A stretch of 64,000 nt of DNA from positions 180,717 through 244,716 of the forward strand of contig JBAQNH010000002.1 in assembly GCA_049303575.1 (NCBI GenBank), given 5' to 3'. Shown in pieces: positions 54,091 to 64,000 of the stretch; positions within the stretch are counted from its first letter, which is position 1, and every line of letters begins with the position of its first letter. A program made the position numbers and the translations under genes. The notes under the pieces were generated by a model. That model saw nothing but the letters and a program-made list of their open reading frames with translations, had not been told where the DNA came from and made no database searches. The stretch comes from Microgenomates group bacterium (GTDB taxonomy: Bacteria > Patescibacteriota > Microgenomatia > UBA1400 > MFAQ01).

Positions 54091-55737
54091 GTGGTTCAAA
54101 AACTGTTAACTAAGTCGCAAGCAATACTAAATCGCAAGAGTTCAAGTATTCTTTCGGCCGCTACTATTATTGCTGCTTCCTTTCTCCTTTCAGCCTTTTT
54201 AGGGCTGGTCAGGAATCGTTTGCTTGCCGCCAGATTTTTTGGTGGTCTCGAAGGGGATCTCGATGTTTACTTTGCTGCCTTCATTGTCCCGGACACTATT
54301 TTTCAGCTTTTGGTTGTTGGTGCTGTTTCGGCCGCCTTCATTCCCATTTACCAAGGCTATCTTAAAAAATCGGTCAGGAAAGCCAATTTTATGGCCAACG
54401 TTGCCCTCACTCTCGTTACCACTACTCTTTTTATTTTATCAATCATCATTGCCATTTTTGCGCGCCCGTTTTCTCAAGTACTTTCGCATTACACCGGTTC
54501 ACAGCTTGACTTAATGGTTAATCTAATTCGACTTATGTCGATTGCCCAGATGTTTTTTTCGATTTCCTCTTTCCTTACAGGTATTCTTCAGGCCCATCGT
54601 CGTTTTTTAATACCCGCTGTTGCTCCTCTTTTTTATAATCTCGGCACGATTCTCGGAATTCTGATTCTGACCCCCTACATTGGCATTTACGCCGCTGCCA
54701 TTGGTGTCATTTTTGGTTCCTTTCTTCACGTTATCGTTCAGCTACCCGCCGCCCTCCATACCGGTTATCTTCTCAAATTCCACCTTCGGTTTAACCACAA
54801 AGGTGTTCGTCGGATGCTTCGTCTTATGCCACCCCGCTCTTTTTCTCTTGCTCTTGTTCAAGTTGAACGCATTGTTTCTTTAAATATTGCCTCCGCCTTG
54901 TCCGCCGGATCCTTTACTATTTTCAACTTCGCTCGTCAGGTTTATGTTCTGCCCATCTCTCTTTTTGGTGTTTCACTGGGACAGGCTTCTTTTCCGACCC
55001 TAGCCGAAGAAGCACTCAACAAGGATAAAACCAAGTTTGCCGATACTCTCGGAAAAACAATTTTGCAGATCTTTTTCTTCTGTCTTCCGGCCGCCATTCT
55101 CATTCTTATCTTGAGAATCCCTATTGTTCGTATTATTTTTGGTGCCAGAAATTTCCCTTGGGAAGCGACTCTTCTGACTGGTAAGGCTCTTGCTATTTTT
55201 TCCCTTTCCATCGCCCCCCAAGCCGCCGTTCAGCTACTCACTCGCGCTTTCTATGCCCAAAAAAACACTCGCACTCCCCTCATCGTCAACGTTGCCACTT
55301 TGATACTTTTTATCCTCACTTCCTATCTTTTTACCCACACTTTTTCTTGGGGAATTTTGGGACTGAGTACCGCTATGAGTCTTAGTAACGCTCTCAACTT
55401 TTTGATACTTTATCTTACGATTCGTGCCACTCTACCCAGTCTTGGAATTACTCTGGAAATTATTAAAATGCTTTTTGTCAGCGTCCTTACCTCCTTTGCT
55501 CTCTGGATACCCATGAGGCTTCTCGATCAGTTTGTTTTTGACACCACTCGTACCGTACCCCTTCTCATTCTTACGGTAATCGTCAGCCTTATTGGTCTCG
55601 TTGTTTATTTTGGTCTTGCCAATCTTCTCAAGGTTAAACAGTACGCCGATGTTAGAAGACTCTTTGTTAAGCTCGGCAACTGGCGTCAGGTGCTCGGAGA
55701 AACCGATGAGGTTATCGAGACACCGATTGTCGGTTAA
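54091..55737 (+). CDS. murJ: Lipid II flippase MurJ (MviN)
   Basis: 14-TM MOP-superfamily pattern with MurJ-like conserved N-terminal half (...AAFIPIY..., ...FYNLGTILGIL...). Confidence 0.8.
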   Translation: MVQKLLTKSQAILNRKSSSILSAATIIAASFLLSAFLGLVRNRLLAARFFGGLEGDLDVYFAAFIVPDTIFQLLVVGAVSAAFIPIYQGYLKKSVRKANFMANVALTLVTTTLFILSIIIAIFARPFSQVLSHYTGSQLDLMVNLIRLMSIAQMFFSISSFLTGILQAHRRFLIPAVAPLFYNLGTILGILILTPYIGIYAAAIGVIFGSFLHVIVQLPAALHTGYLLKFHLRFNHKGVRRMLRLMPPRSFSLALVQVERIVSLNIASALSAGSFTIFNFARQVYVLPISLFGVSLGQASFPTLAEEALNKDKTKFADTLGKTILQIFFFCLPAAILILILRIPIVRIIFGARNFPWEATLLTGKALAIFSLSIAPQAAVQLLTRAFYAQKNTRTPLIVNVATLILFILTSYLFTHTFSWGILGLSTAMSLSNALNFLILYLTIRATLPSLGITLEIIKMLFVSVLTSFALWIPMRLLDQFVFDTTRTVPLLILTVIVSLIGLVVYFGLANLLKVKQYADVRRLFVKLGNWRQVLGETDEVIETPIVG

Positions 55738-55743
55738 ACTCAC

Positions 55744-57513
55744 ATGGAAAACAAAATCAGAAACTTTTCGATTATCGCCCATATAGATGCTGGCAAGTCC
55801 ACTCTGGCCGATCGTATGTTGGAAATCACCGGTACCGTCCAAAAGGACAAGATGACTCCTCAGCTTCTGGACAGCAACCCAATTGAACGCGAAAGGGGAA
55901 TCACCATCAAGCTTGCTCCCGTCACCATGAACTACCATGGATACACCCTAAATCTTATCGACACTCCTGGTCACGTGGATTTCAACTACGAGGTTGAACG
56001 CGCCCTGGAAGCTTGCGACGGCGCCGTTCTTCTTGTCGACGCCACTAAAGGAGTCCAGGCCCAAACGGTCGCCAATCTTAGACTTGCTCGAAATCTCGGA
56101 CTTACCATCATTCCCGTCATCAATAAAATTGATGCTCCTCTTGCTGACATTTCTGCCGCCACGAGGCAGATTAAACAACTTCTCAACATTTCTTCCGAAC
56201 CCTTTTTTATCTCTGCCAAAACCGGCGAGGGAGTCGCTAATCTTCTCGATAAAATAATCTTCGACTTGCCCTCTCCCAAAATCGAAGACAAACCACTTCA
56301 AGCCCTCGTTTTTAACTCTGTTTTTGACACTCACCTTGGCGTTATTACCTTTGTTCGCGTTATTACCGGGGACCTGCACACCGGTGACAAGCTGGAGTTT
56401 CTTAACTCCGGCCAAGTTTTAACCGCTTCAGAAATTGGTGTTTTTAGTCCCAAACGTGAGGAGAAAAAAGTCATCACAGCTGGCAACGTCGGCTACATCA
56501 TCACCGGACTCAAAGACATCCATCGCATTTTGGTCGGGGACACTCTCTGTCTTGCCACCCAAAGCAAAGAAGTTACTCCCTTGCCAGGCTTCCGCAAAAT
56601 TCACCCCAATGTTTTCTTGGATATGTATCCGGCTGATGGTTCTCAGTATCGCGATCTTGTTGATGCTCTGGAAAAACTCAAACTCAACGACTCTGCCCTA
56701 ACCACACAGGGTATTAACTCTCCCATTCTTGGTCAGGGTGTAAAAGTGGGTTTCTTGGGGTTACTTCACTCCGAGGTTGTTGGGGAACGTTTGGAGCGAG
56801 AGTTCGGCCTTCCCGTTATTGCCGTTTCTCCTTCCGTTGAGTACAAGGTTAAACTCAGAAATGGCACCGAAAAAATCTTTAGCTCAGCCAGTGATTTTCC
56901 GGACCCAGCCATCATTGCCCAAGGTTTCGAACCCATGGCGACAGTCAAGATTGTTGTTACCGATAAATATGTTGGCGCTGTCATGCAACTTTGTCAGGAT
57001 CTCCGTGGCAACCTGGTGAACGTTTCATACCTTGACCAACTTGTCGAAATCGACTACTTGCTTCCCCTTATTGAAGTAATTACCGCTCTCCACGACAGTC
57101 TCAAAAGCGTCTCCCAAGGGTTTGCTTCTCTGGATTACGAACTTACCGGCTGGCACGAAGCCGAATTGGTACGTCTTGATGTACTTCTTAATCACGAAGT
57201 CTTTACACCAATGAGTATCATCACGGTCAAAGAAAAGTCGCCGTTTAAAGCCAAAGCTATCGCCGAAAAACTAAAGGAAGCCATTCCCCGTCAACAATTT
57301 GAAATTCCCATTCAAGTTGCCATTGGTGGCCAGATCATTGCCAGAGAAACAATTACCGCCTACAGAAAAGATGTCGACGCCAAACTCCACGGGGGCGACT
57401 TTACCAGAAATCTAAAACTCCTCCAAAAACAGAAAAAGGGTAAGGCTCGTATGAAACAGTTTGGCAAAGTCCAGCTTCCTCAGTCCGCTTTCCTCGCCGT
57501 CGTCAAGGCATAA
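55744..57513 (+). CDS. lepA: Translation elongation factor 4 (LepA)
   Basis: IRNFSIIAHIDAGKSTLADR, DTPGHVDF, NKID, LepA-specific C-terminal domain. Confidence 0.9.
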   Translation: MENKIRNFSIIAHIDAGKSTLADRMLEITGTVQKDKMTPQLLDSNPIERERGITIKLAPVTMNYHGYTLNLIDTPGHVDFNYEVERALEACDGAVLLVDATKGVQAQTVANLRLARNLGLTIIPVINKIDAPLADISAATRQIKQLLNISSEPFFISAKTGEGVANLLDKIIFDLPSPKIEDKPLQALVFNSVFDTHLGVITFVRVITGDLHTGDKLEFLNSGQVLTASEIGVFSPKREEKKVITAGNVGYIITGLKDIHRILVGDTLCLATQSKEVTPLPGFRKIHPNVFLDMYPADGSQYRDLVDALEKLKLNDSALTTQGINSPILGQGVKVGFLGLLHSEVVGERLEREFGLPVIAVSPSVEYKVKLRNGTEKIFSSASDFPDPAIIAQGFEPMATVKIVVTDKYVGAVMQLCQDLRGNLVNVSYLDQLVEIDYLLPLIEVITALHDSLKSVSQGFASLDYELTGWHEAELVRLDVLLNHEVFTPMSIITVKEKSPFKAKAIAEKLKEAIPRQQFEIPIQVAIGGQIIARETITAYRKDVDAKLHGGDFTRNLKLLQKQKKGKARMKQFGKVQLPQSAFLAVVKA

Positions 57514-57558
57514 AATTGCCCGCTTGACTCCCCATTATCACTCATGCTATATTACTGC

Positions 57559-57585
57559 TAATCACTGTCTTAATGAGAGTGATAA
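57559..57585 (+). promoter_or_regulatory. Degenerate CIRCE-like operator upstream of hrcA (TAATCACTG-N9-GAGTGATAA)
   Basis: 9-nt spacer as in CIRCE, arms 7/9 complementary, C-to-A variant of the GCACTC core. An extra perfect-complement half-site TTATCACTC lies at 57535-57543; TTGACT (-35-like) at 57523-57528. Confidence 0.5.
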
Positions 57586-57591
57586 AAAATT

Positions 57592-58317
57592 ATGGATCTA
57601 ACCGAAAGACAGACTCAAATAATTAAAACGATAGTCGAAGAGTTTACCGAAACGGCGGAAGCAGTTGGTTCGGTTACTCTGGAAAACAAATATCGCCTCG
57701 GTGTTTCTCCTGCCACTCTCCGAAATGAGATGGCTGTTCTTGAGGAAAAAGGTTTTCTTACTCAACCTCACACTTCAGCTGGCCGCATTCCTACTCCCAT
57801 GGCCATCAAGTTTTATGTCAACGAACTGATGAAAGAAAAAGATCTGTCTGTTGCCGAAGAAGTTAATGTCAAATCTCGTGTTTGGGACCACCGTTATAAC
57901 CGCGACGACCTACTTCGTGAAGCCACCAAGGTTCTTTCTGAAAGAACCAAGTCTCTCTGTATTGCGACCACCGAAGAAGGCCAAATGTATCACGCTGGTT
58001 ACGCCAACATTTTCAACGAAATTGAATTTCAAGATTTTGAAACCGCTAAAGAAGTTTTTTTCCTTCTCGACCAACATCAACGCCTTCTAGATATTTTTAA
58101 TCGCGCCGGAAACAACTCCCCAATCCACATTCTAGTCGGTGACGAAATGGGTGTTACTCTTCTCCGTCCCGCCAGCTGTGTCTTTGCTGATTTAAATATT
58201 GGAGGTCATCGCGGCAGTCTCGGTATCATTGGTTCCAGTCGTCAGGAATATGACCGCAACATTCCCTTTGTTCGTTACATTGCCAATTTAGTTAATCAAA
58301 TAGCTCAAGAATGGTAA
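57592..58317 (+). CDS. hrcA: Heat-inducible transcription repressor HrcA
   Basis: N-terminal winged HTH (LTERQTQIIKTIVEEF...VGSVTL...LGVSPATLRNEMAVLEEKGFL) and a C-terminal HrcA domain. Confidence 0.85.
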   Translation: MDLTERQTQIIKTIVEEFTETAEAVGSVTLENKYRLGVSPATLRNEMAVLEEKGFLTQPHTSAGRIPTPMAIKFYVNELMKEKDLSVAEEVNVKSRVWDHRYNRDDLLREATKVLSERTKSLCIATTEEGQMYHAGYANIFNEIEFQDFETAKEVFFLLDQHQRLLDIFNRAGNNSPIHILVGDEMGVTLLRPASCVFADLNIGGHRGSLGIIGSSRQEYDRNIPFVRYIANLVNQIAQEW

Positions 58318-58760
58318 AAAAAATTCAATCATCCAAAAAAGAAATTGAAAATCTCAATTTCCAAGTTAACGAACTGGAAGGTAACTATCGCCGCGCTTTG
58401 GCCGATTACCAAAACCAGGAACGTCGCTTCAGAGAGACCCAAAGTCAAATCGTCAAATTTGCCAATGCCACTCTTCTTGAAAAAATTGTTCTCAATCTTG
58501 ACTCACTCGAAATGGCTCAAAACCACCTCAAAAATGCCGGCTTGGAAATTGTTATCAAACAACTTTTGGAAACATTGAAAAATGAAGGACTTCAATTAAT
58601 TGAATCGGACGACAAACTATTTGACCCTTTAACCATGGACTGCATTGAAGTTGTTCCTGGCAAAAAAAATCACGTTGTTTCTACTCTTACCAAAGGTTAT
58701 TACCTTTTTGACAAAGTTCTCCGCCCCGCCAAAGTTAAGGTCGGTTCGGGAACAAAATAA
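58311..58760 (+). CDS. grpE: Nucleotide exchange factor GrpE
   Basis: 149 aa; coiled-coil N-terminus (...YRRALADYQNQERRFRE...) and C-terminal beta domain. Sits between hrcA and dnaK. Confidence 0.85.
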   Translation: MVKKIQSSKKEIENLNFQVNELEGNYRRALADYQNQERRFRETQSQIVKFANATLLEKIVLNLDSLEMAQNHLKNAGLEIVIKQLLETLKNEGLQLIESDDKLFDPLTMDCIEVVPGKKNHVVSTLTKGYYLFDKVLRPAKVKVGSGTK

Positions 58761-58791
58761 CTAGCATTTATAAATTAATTAAACAAAACAT

Positions 58792-60693
58792 ATGTCCAAA
58801 ATAATCGGCATCGATCTCGGAACCACCAACAGCGCTATTGCTGTTATGGAGGGAGGAAAAGCCAAAATTATTCCTACCTCTGAAGGCAGAAATACTTTCC
58901 CTTCAATCGTAGAACCAATTAAAAATTTAGTTGGTGACGTTGCCAAACGTCAAATGGTTCTCAACTCTGAAAACACTGTCTTTAGTGTCAAGAGATTAAT
59001 GGGCCAAAAATTTTCCGGCAAACAAGCTCAAAAAACCAAAGAAATTTCTCCTTACGATATTGAAGCCGGCAAAGATGGTTTGGCCATCATTAAAATTGGA
59101 GGTAAAACCTATACTCCTCAAGAAATCTCCGCCAAAATATTGCAAAAGGCCAAAGCTGACGCTGAAGCCTATCTTGGTCAGACAGTTACCGACGCCGTTA
59201 TCACAGTTCCCGCCTACTTTGATGACTCTCAACGTCAGGCCACTAAACAAGCCGGTGAAATCGCCGGACTCAATGTCCAACGTATCGTCAACGAACCAAC
59301 TGCGGCCGCCCTTGCTTATGGTTTAGACAAAGGTAAAAACGAAACCGTCGTTGTCTACGACTTAGGTGGTGGAACTTTTGACGTTTCTATTCTCGAGTTG
59401 GGCGATGGTGTTTTTGAAGTTAAATCTACCAATGGAGACACTTTCCTCGGAGGAGATGACTTTGACCACAAAATCATCGAGTACATCGTTTCCGAGTTCA
59501 AAAAAGAAAACGGAGTCGATCTTTCTCTTGATAAACAAGCGCTTCAGCGTATCAAAGACGCAGCCGAAAAAGCCAAAATCGAACTTTCCAGTACCACCGA
59601 AACAGAGATCAACCAACCCTTCATTACCCAGCGTGATGGTCAACCTCTTCACTTAACCATGAAGATTACCAGAGCCAAACTTGAGGAACTTGTTGATGAT
59701 CTGATTCAAAAAACTATCGAACCCATGAAAAAGGCTCTTGCTGACGCCAAGATTGAAAAATCGACCATTGCCGAAATAATCTTGGTCGGTGGTATGACTC
59801 GTATGCCCAAAGTTCAGCAAGTAGTCAAAGACTTCTTTGGCAAAGAGCCCAACAAGTCCGTTAACCCCGACGAAGCTGTTGCCCTCGGTGCCGCTATCCA
59901 AGGAGGCGTTATCTCTGGTGACGTCAAAGACGTTTTACTTCTCGATGTCACTCCTCTTACTCTTGGTATTGAAACTATGGGTAGTATCATGACCCCTCTT
60001 ATCGAGCGCAATACTACTGTTCCTTCCAGTAAGTCTCAAGTCTTCTCTACCGCGAGCGATAATCAACCCCAGGTGGAAATTCACATTCTTCAGGGAGAAC
60101 GTCCTATGGCCGCTGACAACAAGACACTAGGTAGCTTCGTCCTCGATGGTATTCCCGCCGCTCCTCGTGGTATTCCTCAAATTGAAGTCACCTTTGACAT
60201 CGATGCCAACGGTATCTTAAATGTACAAGCCAAAGACAAAGCCACTGGTAAAGAGCAAAAGATTACCATTAAAAACGCTACCAACCTTTCGGACGAAGAA
60301 GTTGAAAGAATGAAACAAGAGGCCGAAAAATTCGCCGAAGACGACAAGAAGAAAAAAGAACTTGTCGACAAGAAAAACGAGGCCGATACTCTAATCATTC
60401 AAACTCGTAAAGTTCTCAAAGACTCCGGTGATAAATTTGACACCGCCGCCAAAGAAGAAATTGAAAAGTCTCTCAACGAGTTGGAAGAGGAGATTAAGAA
60501 GACCGACACAACCACCGAGTCTGTTGATACCAAACTAAAAGCTGCCACCGAACTTGTCCAAAAACACGCCGAAGCTTTATACAAAGCCGCCGGTGAAAAG
60601 GACAAGAAAGAAGAACCAAAATCCGAAGACTCAAAAGGCGAAGAAACCAAGGCCGACACAAAACAAGCGGAGGAAGGCGAAGTCGTTGAATAG
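58792..60693 (+). CDS. dnaK: Molecular chaperone DnaK (Hsp70)
   Basis: [33 protein letters not shown]-like acidic C-terminus. Confidence 0.95.
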   Translation: MSKIIGIDLGTTNSAIAVMEGGKAKIIPTSEGRNTFPSIVEPIKNLVGDVAKRQMVLNSENTVFSVKRLMGQKFSGKQAQKTKEISPYDIEAGKDGLAIIKIGGKTYTPQEISAKILQKAKADAEAYLGQTVTDAVITVPAYFDDSQRQATKQAGEIAGLNVQRIVNEPTAAALAYGLDKGKNETVVVYDLGGGTFDVSILELGDGVFEVKSTNGDTFLGGDDFDHKIIEYIVSEFKKENGVDLSLDKQALQRIKDAAEKAKIELSSTTETEINQPFITQRDGQPLHLTMKITRAKLEELVDDLIQKTIEPMKKALADAKIEKSTIAEIILVGGMTRMPKVQQVVKDFFGKEPNKSVNPDEAVALGAAIQGGVISGDVKDVLLLDVTPLTLGIETMGSIMTPLIERNTTVPSSKSQVFSTASDNQPQVEIHILQGERPMAADNKTLGSFVLDGIPAAPRGIPQIEVTFDIDANGILNVQAKDKATGKEQKITIKNATNLSDEEVERMKQEAEKFAEDDKKKKELVDKKNEADTLIIQTRKVLKDSGDKFDTAAKEEIEKSLNELEEEIKKTDTTTESVDTKLKAATELVQKHAEALYKAAGEKDKKEEPKSEDSKGEETKADTKQAEEGEVVE

Positions 60694-60700
60694 GAAATTT

Positions 60701-60725
60701 CAGGGGCTGAAAGCGTCAGCCCCTG
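60701..60725 (+). terminator. Stable hairpin (attenuator/partial terminator) between dnaK and dnaJ
   Basis: CAGGGGCTGA-aagcg-TCAGCCCCTG, a 10-bp stem. It is followed by ATAAAAT rather than a clean U-tract, so it is probably an RNA-processing or partial termination site. Confidence 0.5.
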
Positions 60726-60745
60726 ATAAAATGGTTTGATCCAAT

Positions 60746-61603
60746 ATGGCCACAACTCGCGACTACTACGATATTTTAGGTGTTTCCAAGTCTGCCACAG
60801 CCGCGGAGATAAAGTCGGCCTACAGAAAACTTGCTCTTAAGTGGCACCCGGACAGAAATAAAGAAAAGGATGCCCACGAAAAATTCAAAGAAATAAACGA
60901 AGCCTACGAGGTCTTAAGTAACTCCGAGAAAAAAAGCAAATACGACCAGTTCGGTCACGCTGCTTTCGGCGGCGGTACAGGTTTCAATCCAAGTGGCGGT
61001 GCTTCAGGAAATCCTTTTGCCGGTTATTACAGTTCGGGTGGCAACATCAATTTTGAAGACCTATTCGGCGGAGCCGGTGGTTTTTCCGACCCGTTTGATA
61101 TTTTTAGTAACTTCTTTGGTGGGGGATTTGGAGCACAAAGACGGCCCCAAAAAACCCACTACTCCCTAAAGATTGATTTTGACGAAGCCATTCACGGAGC
61201 CGAAAAAACTATTGTTCATCAAGGAAAAGAATACACTGTAAAAATCCCAGCCGGCGCCAACGAGGGCACTCAAATCCGTTACTCCGATTTTGATATTAGC
61301 TTCGACGTCAAACCCAGTAAAATTTTCAAACGTGAAGGCGATGATGTTATTGTCAACCATGAAATTCCCTTCACTCTCGCCATGCTTGGTGGAGACACAG
61401 TAGTTCCGACACTCGATGGTGACTTAAAAATAAAAGTCCGATCTGGCACCCAGCCGGAAACTGTTATTCGCCTCACCGGCAAAGGCGTAAAACACCTACA
61501 AAGCAATCAGCATGGAGACCTGTATATTCGATACATCATCAAGTTTCCAACCCGTCTCTCCGGCAGACAAAAGGACTTTTTACGGGAGTTTGAACAGGAA
61601 TAG
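60746..61603 (+). CDS. dnaJ: DnaJ-family co-chaperone lacking the zinc-finger (CxxCxGxG) domain (type II/CbpA-like)
   Basis: J-domain with HPD (YYDILGVSKSA...KWHPDRN), Gly/Phe-rich region, C-terminal substrate-binding domains. No Cys repeats. Confidence 0.85.
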   Translation: MATTRDYYDILGVSKSATAAEIKSAYRKLALKWHPDRNKEKDAHEKFKEINEAYEVLSNSEKKSKYDQFGHAAFGGGTGFNPSGGASGNPFAGYYSSGGNINFEDLFGGAGGFSDPFDIFSNFFGGGFGAQRRPQKTHYSLKIDFDEAIHGAEKTIVHQGKEYTVKIPAGANEGTQIRYSDFDISFDVKPSKIFKREGDDVIVNHEIPFTLAMLGGDTVVPTLDGDLKIKVRSGTQPETVIRLTGKGVKHLQSNQHGDLYIRYIIKFPTRLSGRQKDFLREFEQE

Positions 61604-62090
61604 CCAAGTTCACTATCTCAGCAAGAACAATTTTTTCTTCAATTGTCATCATTCTTGGGTGGTGAGCCACCACCACGTTTCCAATTACCCTACCTAAAAC
61701 ATCGGCAAACTTCATCCCCGTCACTGCTTCCGCCGCCTTTTCCCCAAGACACAAAACGATTTCCGGTTGAATATTTTTGATCTGATCTAAAATATTTATG
61801 GCACACATTGAGAACTCTCTCGTATTCGGTTTTCTTTTTCCTCCATCAAATAAACACTTGGCAGCATTGGTAATAATTGTTTGTTCAAATCTATCCCCAA
61901 TTATATTTTTTAATACTTGTCCGGTTCTCGACTCAAACAAACCTTTTTCATAATCTATCCCAATTGCCCTAAAATCTGAACACTCCAAGACAACCATAAT
62001 GGTTTTCCTTTTCGCTTCACCTTCTATACCCCAGTTGGGATGTTCTGCTCCCTGACATCTCAAGCAATCCGGGATCTCAACACTTCTCAT
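61539..62090 (-). CDS. Uracil-DNA glycosylase superfamily protein (family 4/5-like)
   Basis: ...GIEGEAKRKT... (GEx motif region), ...NAAKC..., ...VAHHPRM... . The 3' end overlaps the dnaJ 3' end by 65 nt (convergent). Confidence 0.5.
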   Translation of the reverse strand: MRSVEIPDCLRCQGAEHPNWGIEGEAKRKTIMVVLECSDFRAIGIDYEKGLFESRTGQVLKNIIGDRFEQTIITNAAKCLFDGGKRKPNTREFSMCAINILDQIKNIQPEIVLCLGEKAAEAVTGMKFADVLGRVIGNVVVAHHPRMMTIEEKIVLAEIVNLAIPVQTPVKSPFVCRRDGLET

Positions 62091-62746
62091 GCTTCACTCG
62101 ACTGTCGTTTCATTATCTCCCTCATCGCTTTTACGTATGATTTCTTTTCCGGTGGGTCAATACCGATTACCTTCTCCAAGATAATTTTTATATTTGGATT
62201 TTGGATCATCTGCCCTAATGCCAAACCCAAATAAATCCTCTGCCACTCTTGCATCTCACTTTTCATTTCCATATCCCAATCAACTATTACTCGGTCACAA
62301 TTTCGCATGTTTTCAATGGTTTTTTTTATTACATCGCCATGTAAACCTGCCAGTATCTGCATACACAATGTGGGACCGGTCTTATTTTCGGCATTAAAGA
62401 TATCCACAATGTTCGTTTCCAGTCCTAAAGACCACGCTATTCCCATATCTACCCTCGACCCTTCCGACGGAGTGCCTCCCGAATTCCACAAAATATCCAC
62501 CCGTCCTCCATTTTTAGCCGCCTCGTGTAAAAAATTTAGCTCCTTCATCACAATGTTGTACCCGGTCGGGTCTTCTTGGGGTGCATCATCTACCGGATTA
62601 AATAAAACTGCCCCCGCCTCTTCCAACTTTTTGGCATGCTCGGCAATTACTATCTTCTGATCGTCTGTGACGTAGCGCACGGGGGATAACAGATATACGT
62701 ATCGTCCTTGCAAATTCTCAAAGTTCCCTCCTTGTTCTGTTTTCAT
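62087..62746 (-). CDS. Hypothetical protein (possible nucleoside 2-deoxyribosyltransferase-like Rossmann fold)
   Basis: 219 aa, no secure family assignment; co-oriented with the UDG-like gene with a 4-nt overlap. Confidence 0.4.
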   Translation of the reverse strand: MKTEQGGNFENLQGRYVYLLSPVRYVTDDQKIVIAEHAKKLEEAGAVLFNPVDDAPQEDPTGYNIVMKELNFLHEAAKNGGRVDILWNSGGTPSEGSRVDMGIAWSLGLETNIVDIFNAENKTGPTLCMQILAGLHGDVIKKTIENMRNCDRVIVDWDMEMKSEMQEWQRIYLGLALGQMIQNPNIKIILEKVIGIDPPEKKSYVKAMREIMKRQSSEA

Positions 62747-62838
62747 ATTTTGGATTGTAACATGTTATAATAAGCTCGATTAAGTGAGTTAGGGCGGCGT
62801 AGGTCGTCCTTTTTTAAACAAACAAATAAAAAACAAAA

Positions 62839-64000
62839 ATGGATACACAAACCCTTTCGGCCAGAACCGAGTTTGCCGCTGCGATTAACCAAATTTGTTC
62901 CGAACGTGGAATCGCCCCGGAAACAGTTCTTGCAGCCATCAACACCGCCCTTATTGCTTCTTTCAAAAAAGACTACCCCGAACAATCTCTAAAACTTGAA
63001 GAAGAAGGCAAAATCATCACTGCTGACGTCGACTCCGATAACGGCCAGTTCCGTTTATTCGTCGGAGAAGAAGGCGCTAAGAAAAAAGATCTTAAAGAAA
63101 TTACCCCTCCAGGTTTTGGTCGTATCGCCGCTCAAGCCGCCAAGCAGGTAATTTTACAAACCATTCGTGAGGCCGAACGTGATTCCGTTCTTGCCGATTA
63201 CCAGGACCACATTGGCGAAGTCATGACCGGTATGGTTCAGCGTATGGACGGCAGAAATGTCATCATTGACCTTGGTCGCGGACAGGCAGTCATGCCTCCG
63301 GAAGAGCAATCACCCACCGAGTTCTATCGTCTCAACTCTCGTCTCAGCGTTTACCTAAAAGAAATAGCCGACACCGTCAAAGGTCGTCAAATTATTGTTT
63401 CTAGAGCCGACGACAGACTCTTGTCTGGTCTTTTCCAAAGAGAAGTTCCTGAAGTCAGTGCCGGAAGTGTCGTCATCAAGGGTGTCGCTCGTGAACCGGG
63501 AAGCCGTTCCAAGGTTTCCGTCGAGTCCACTCAACCCGGAGTTGACCCAGTTGGTTCTTGCGTCGGTCAAAAAGGTGTTCGTGTTCAGGCTGTCATCAAC
63601 GAACTAAACAACGAAAAAATCGATATCATCCAGTACTCCGAGGATAAAGACAAATACATTAAGGCAGCTTTGGCTCCGGCCGAAGGCCTTGATATCAGCT
63701 ACGACAAAACCACTGGTGAAACCATTGTTACTGTTCCTTCCGATCAACTTTCTCTAGCCATCGGTCGTGGAGGTCAAAACGTCAAACTCGCCGCCAAACT
63801 AACTCAGACCAAACTTCGTATCATCTCGGATGAGACCAAAGACATCCAAACCGGTATCGTCGCTACGGGGACAGAAGAGTTTGAGATCGATCAACTCGGT
63901 CTAGACACCAAAACCAGAAATCTTCTTGTCGAAGCGGAGCTAACTCATATCGAGGATCTCACATCTGATAAACTCGACTCAGTCAAAGGCCTCGGCCCCA
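62839..64000 (+). CDS. nusA: Transcription termination/antitermination factor NusA, 3'-partial (runs off window end)
   Basis: Translation from ATG 62839: N-terminal domain (MDTQTLSARTEFAAAINQICSERGI...), S1 domain (IGEVMTGMVQRMDGRNVIIDLGRGQAVMPP), KH domains (GSCVGQKGVRVQAVINELNNEKIDII, AIGRGGQNVKLAAKLT). No stop before nt 64000. Confidence 0.85.
   Translation, partial: MDTQTLSARTEFAAAINQICSERGIAPETVLAAINTALIASFKKDYPEQSLKLEEEGKIITADVDSDNGQFRLFVGEEGAKKKDLKEITPPGFGRIAAQAAKQVILQTIREAERDSVLADYQDHIGEVMTGMVQRMDGRNVIIDLGRGQAVMPPEEQSPTEFYRLNSRLSVYLKEIADTVKGRQIIVSRADDRLLSGLFQREVPEVSAGSVVIKGVAREPGSRSKVSVESTQPGVDPVGSCVGQKGVRVQAVINELNNEKIDIIQYSEDKDKYIKAALAPAEGLDISYDKTTGETIVTVPSDQLSLAIGRGGQNVKLAAKLTQTKLRIISDETKDIQTGIVATGTEEFEIDQLGLDTKTRNLLVEAELTHIEDLTSDKLDSVKGLGP

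Overview
This 64-kb window is mostly a housekeeping chromosomal segment with several accessory insertions. The bacterium has compact proteins, many membrane proteins with Pro/Thr-rich N-termini before a single TM anchor, and type IV pilus genes, which fits a small-genome, Gram-positive-like lineage (possibly Patescibacteria/CPR-like). That placement is an inference only.

Core genes:
- Translation and tRNA modification: L25/Ctc, ValRS, MetRS, TsaD, LepA, S20.
- Transcription: NusA.
- Chaperones: groES-groEL with a canonical CIRCE operator, and hrcA-grpE-dnaK-dnaJ with a degenerate CIRCE.
- Glycolysis: pgk-gap-tpiA.
- DNA repair: TatD, RmuC, a UvrD-helicase/Fe-S-nuclease fusion, PcrA, Ung, an AlkA-like glycosylase and a UDG-family protein.
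- Cell envelope: YidC, MurJ, an LCP protein, a VanW-family protein, an M23 peptidase, two FemAB paralogs, and UbiA/GT4/GT2 glycosyltransferases.

Accessory and unusual content:
1. A TraD/VirD4-like ATPase fused in frame to a C-terminal NUDIX domain, next to an SPFH protein.
2. An IS200/IS605-type tnpA with flanking hairpins inserted right after groEL.
3. A free-standing LAGLIDADG homing-endonuclease gene with its own promoter, lying between an intact tRNA-Cys and an inverted partial tRNA-Cys copy.
4. A low-GC restriction-modification island carrying a Dam-like MTase, a second MTase and two small Hjc-like PD-(D/E)XK nucleases.
5. A noncanonical tRNA-like gene flanked by 12-bp inverted repeats and by a roughly 28-bp duplicate of the neighbouring gene's 3' end.
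6. A candidate metal-responsive mini-operon. It has a CueR-type palindrome inside a 19-bp-spacer promoter, a MerR-family regulator, a translationally coupled 18-codon Cys-rich ORF (MKNETCCGGGCCGGGSCC) and a protein with two CxxC-x17-CxxC zinc ribbons.
7. A pilN-pilO operon followed by three large surface proteins. Two share a conserved juxtamembrane motif, and two carry a C-terminal L[PE]EAG + TM sorting-like signal.

No CRISPR array or rRNA gene was found. The metal-responsive mini-operon (item 6) and the low-GC restriction-modification island (item 4) are the strongest candidates for the undescribed system asked about.
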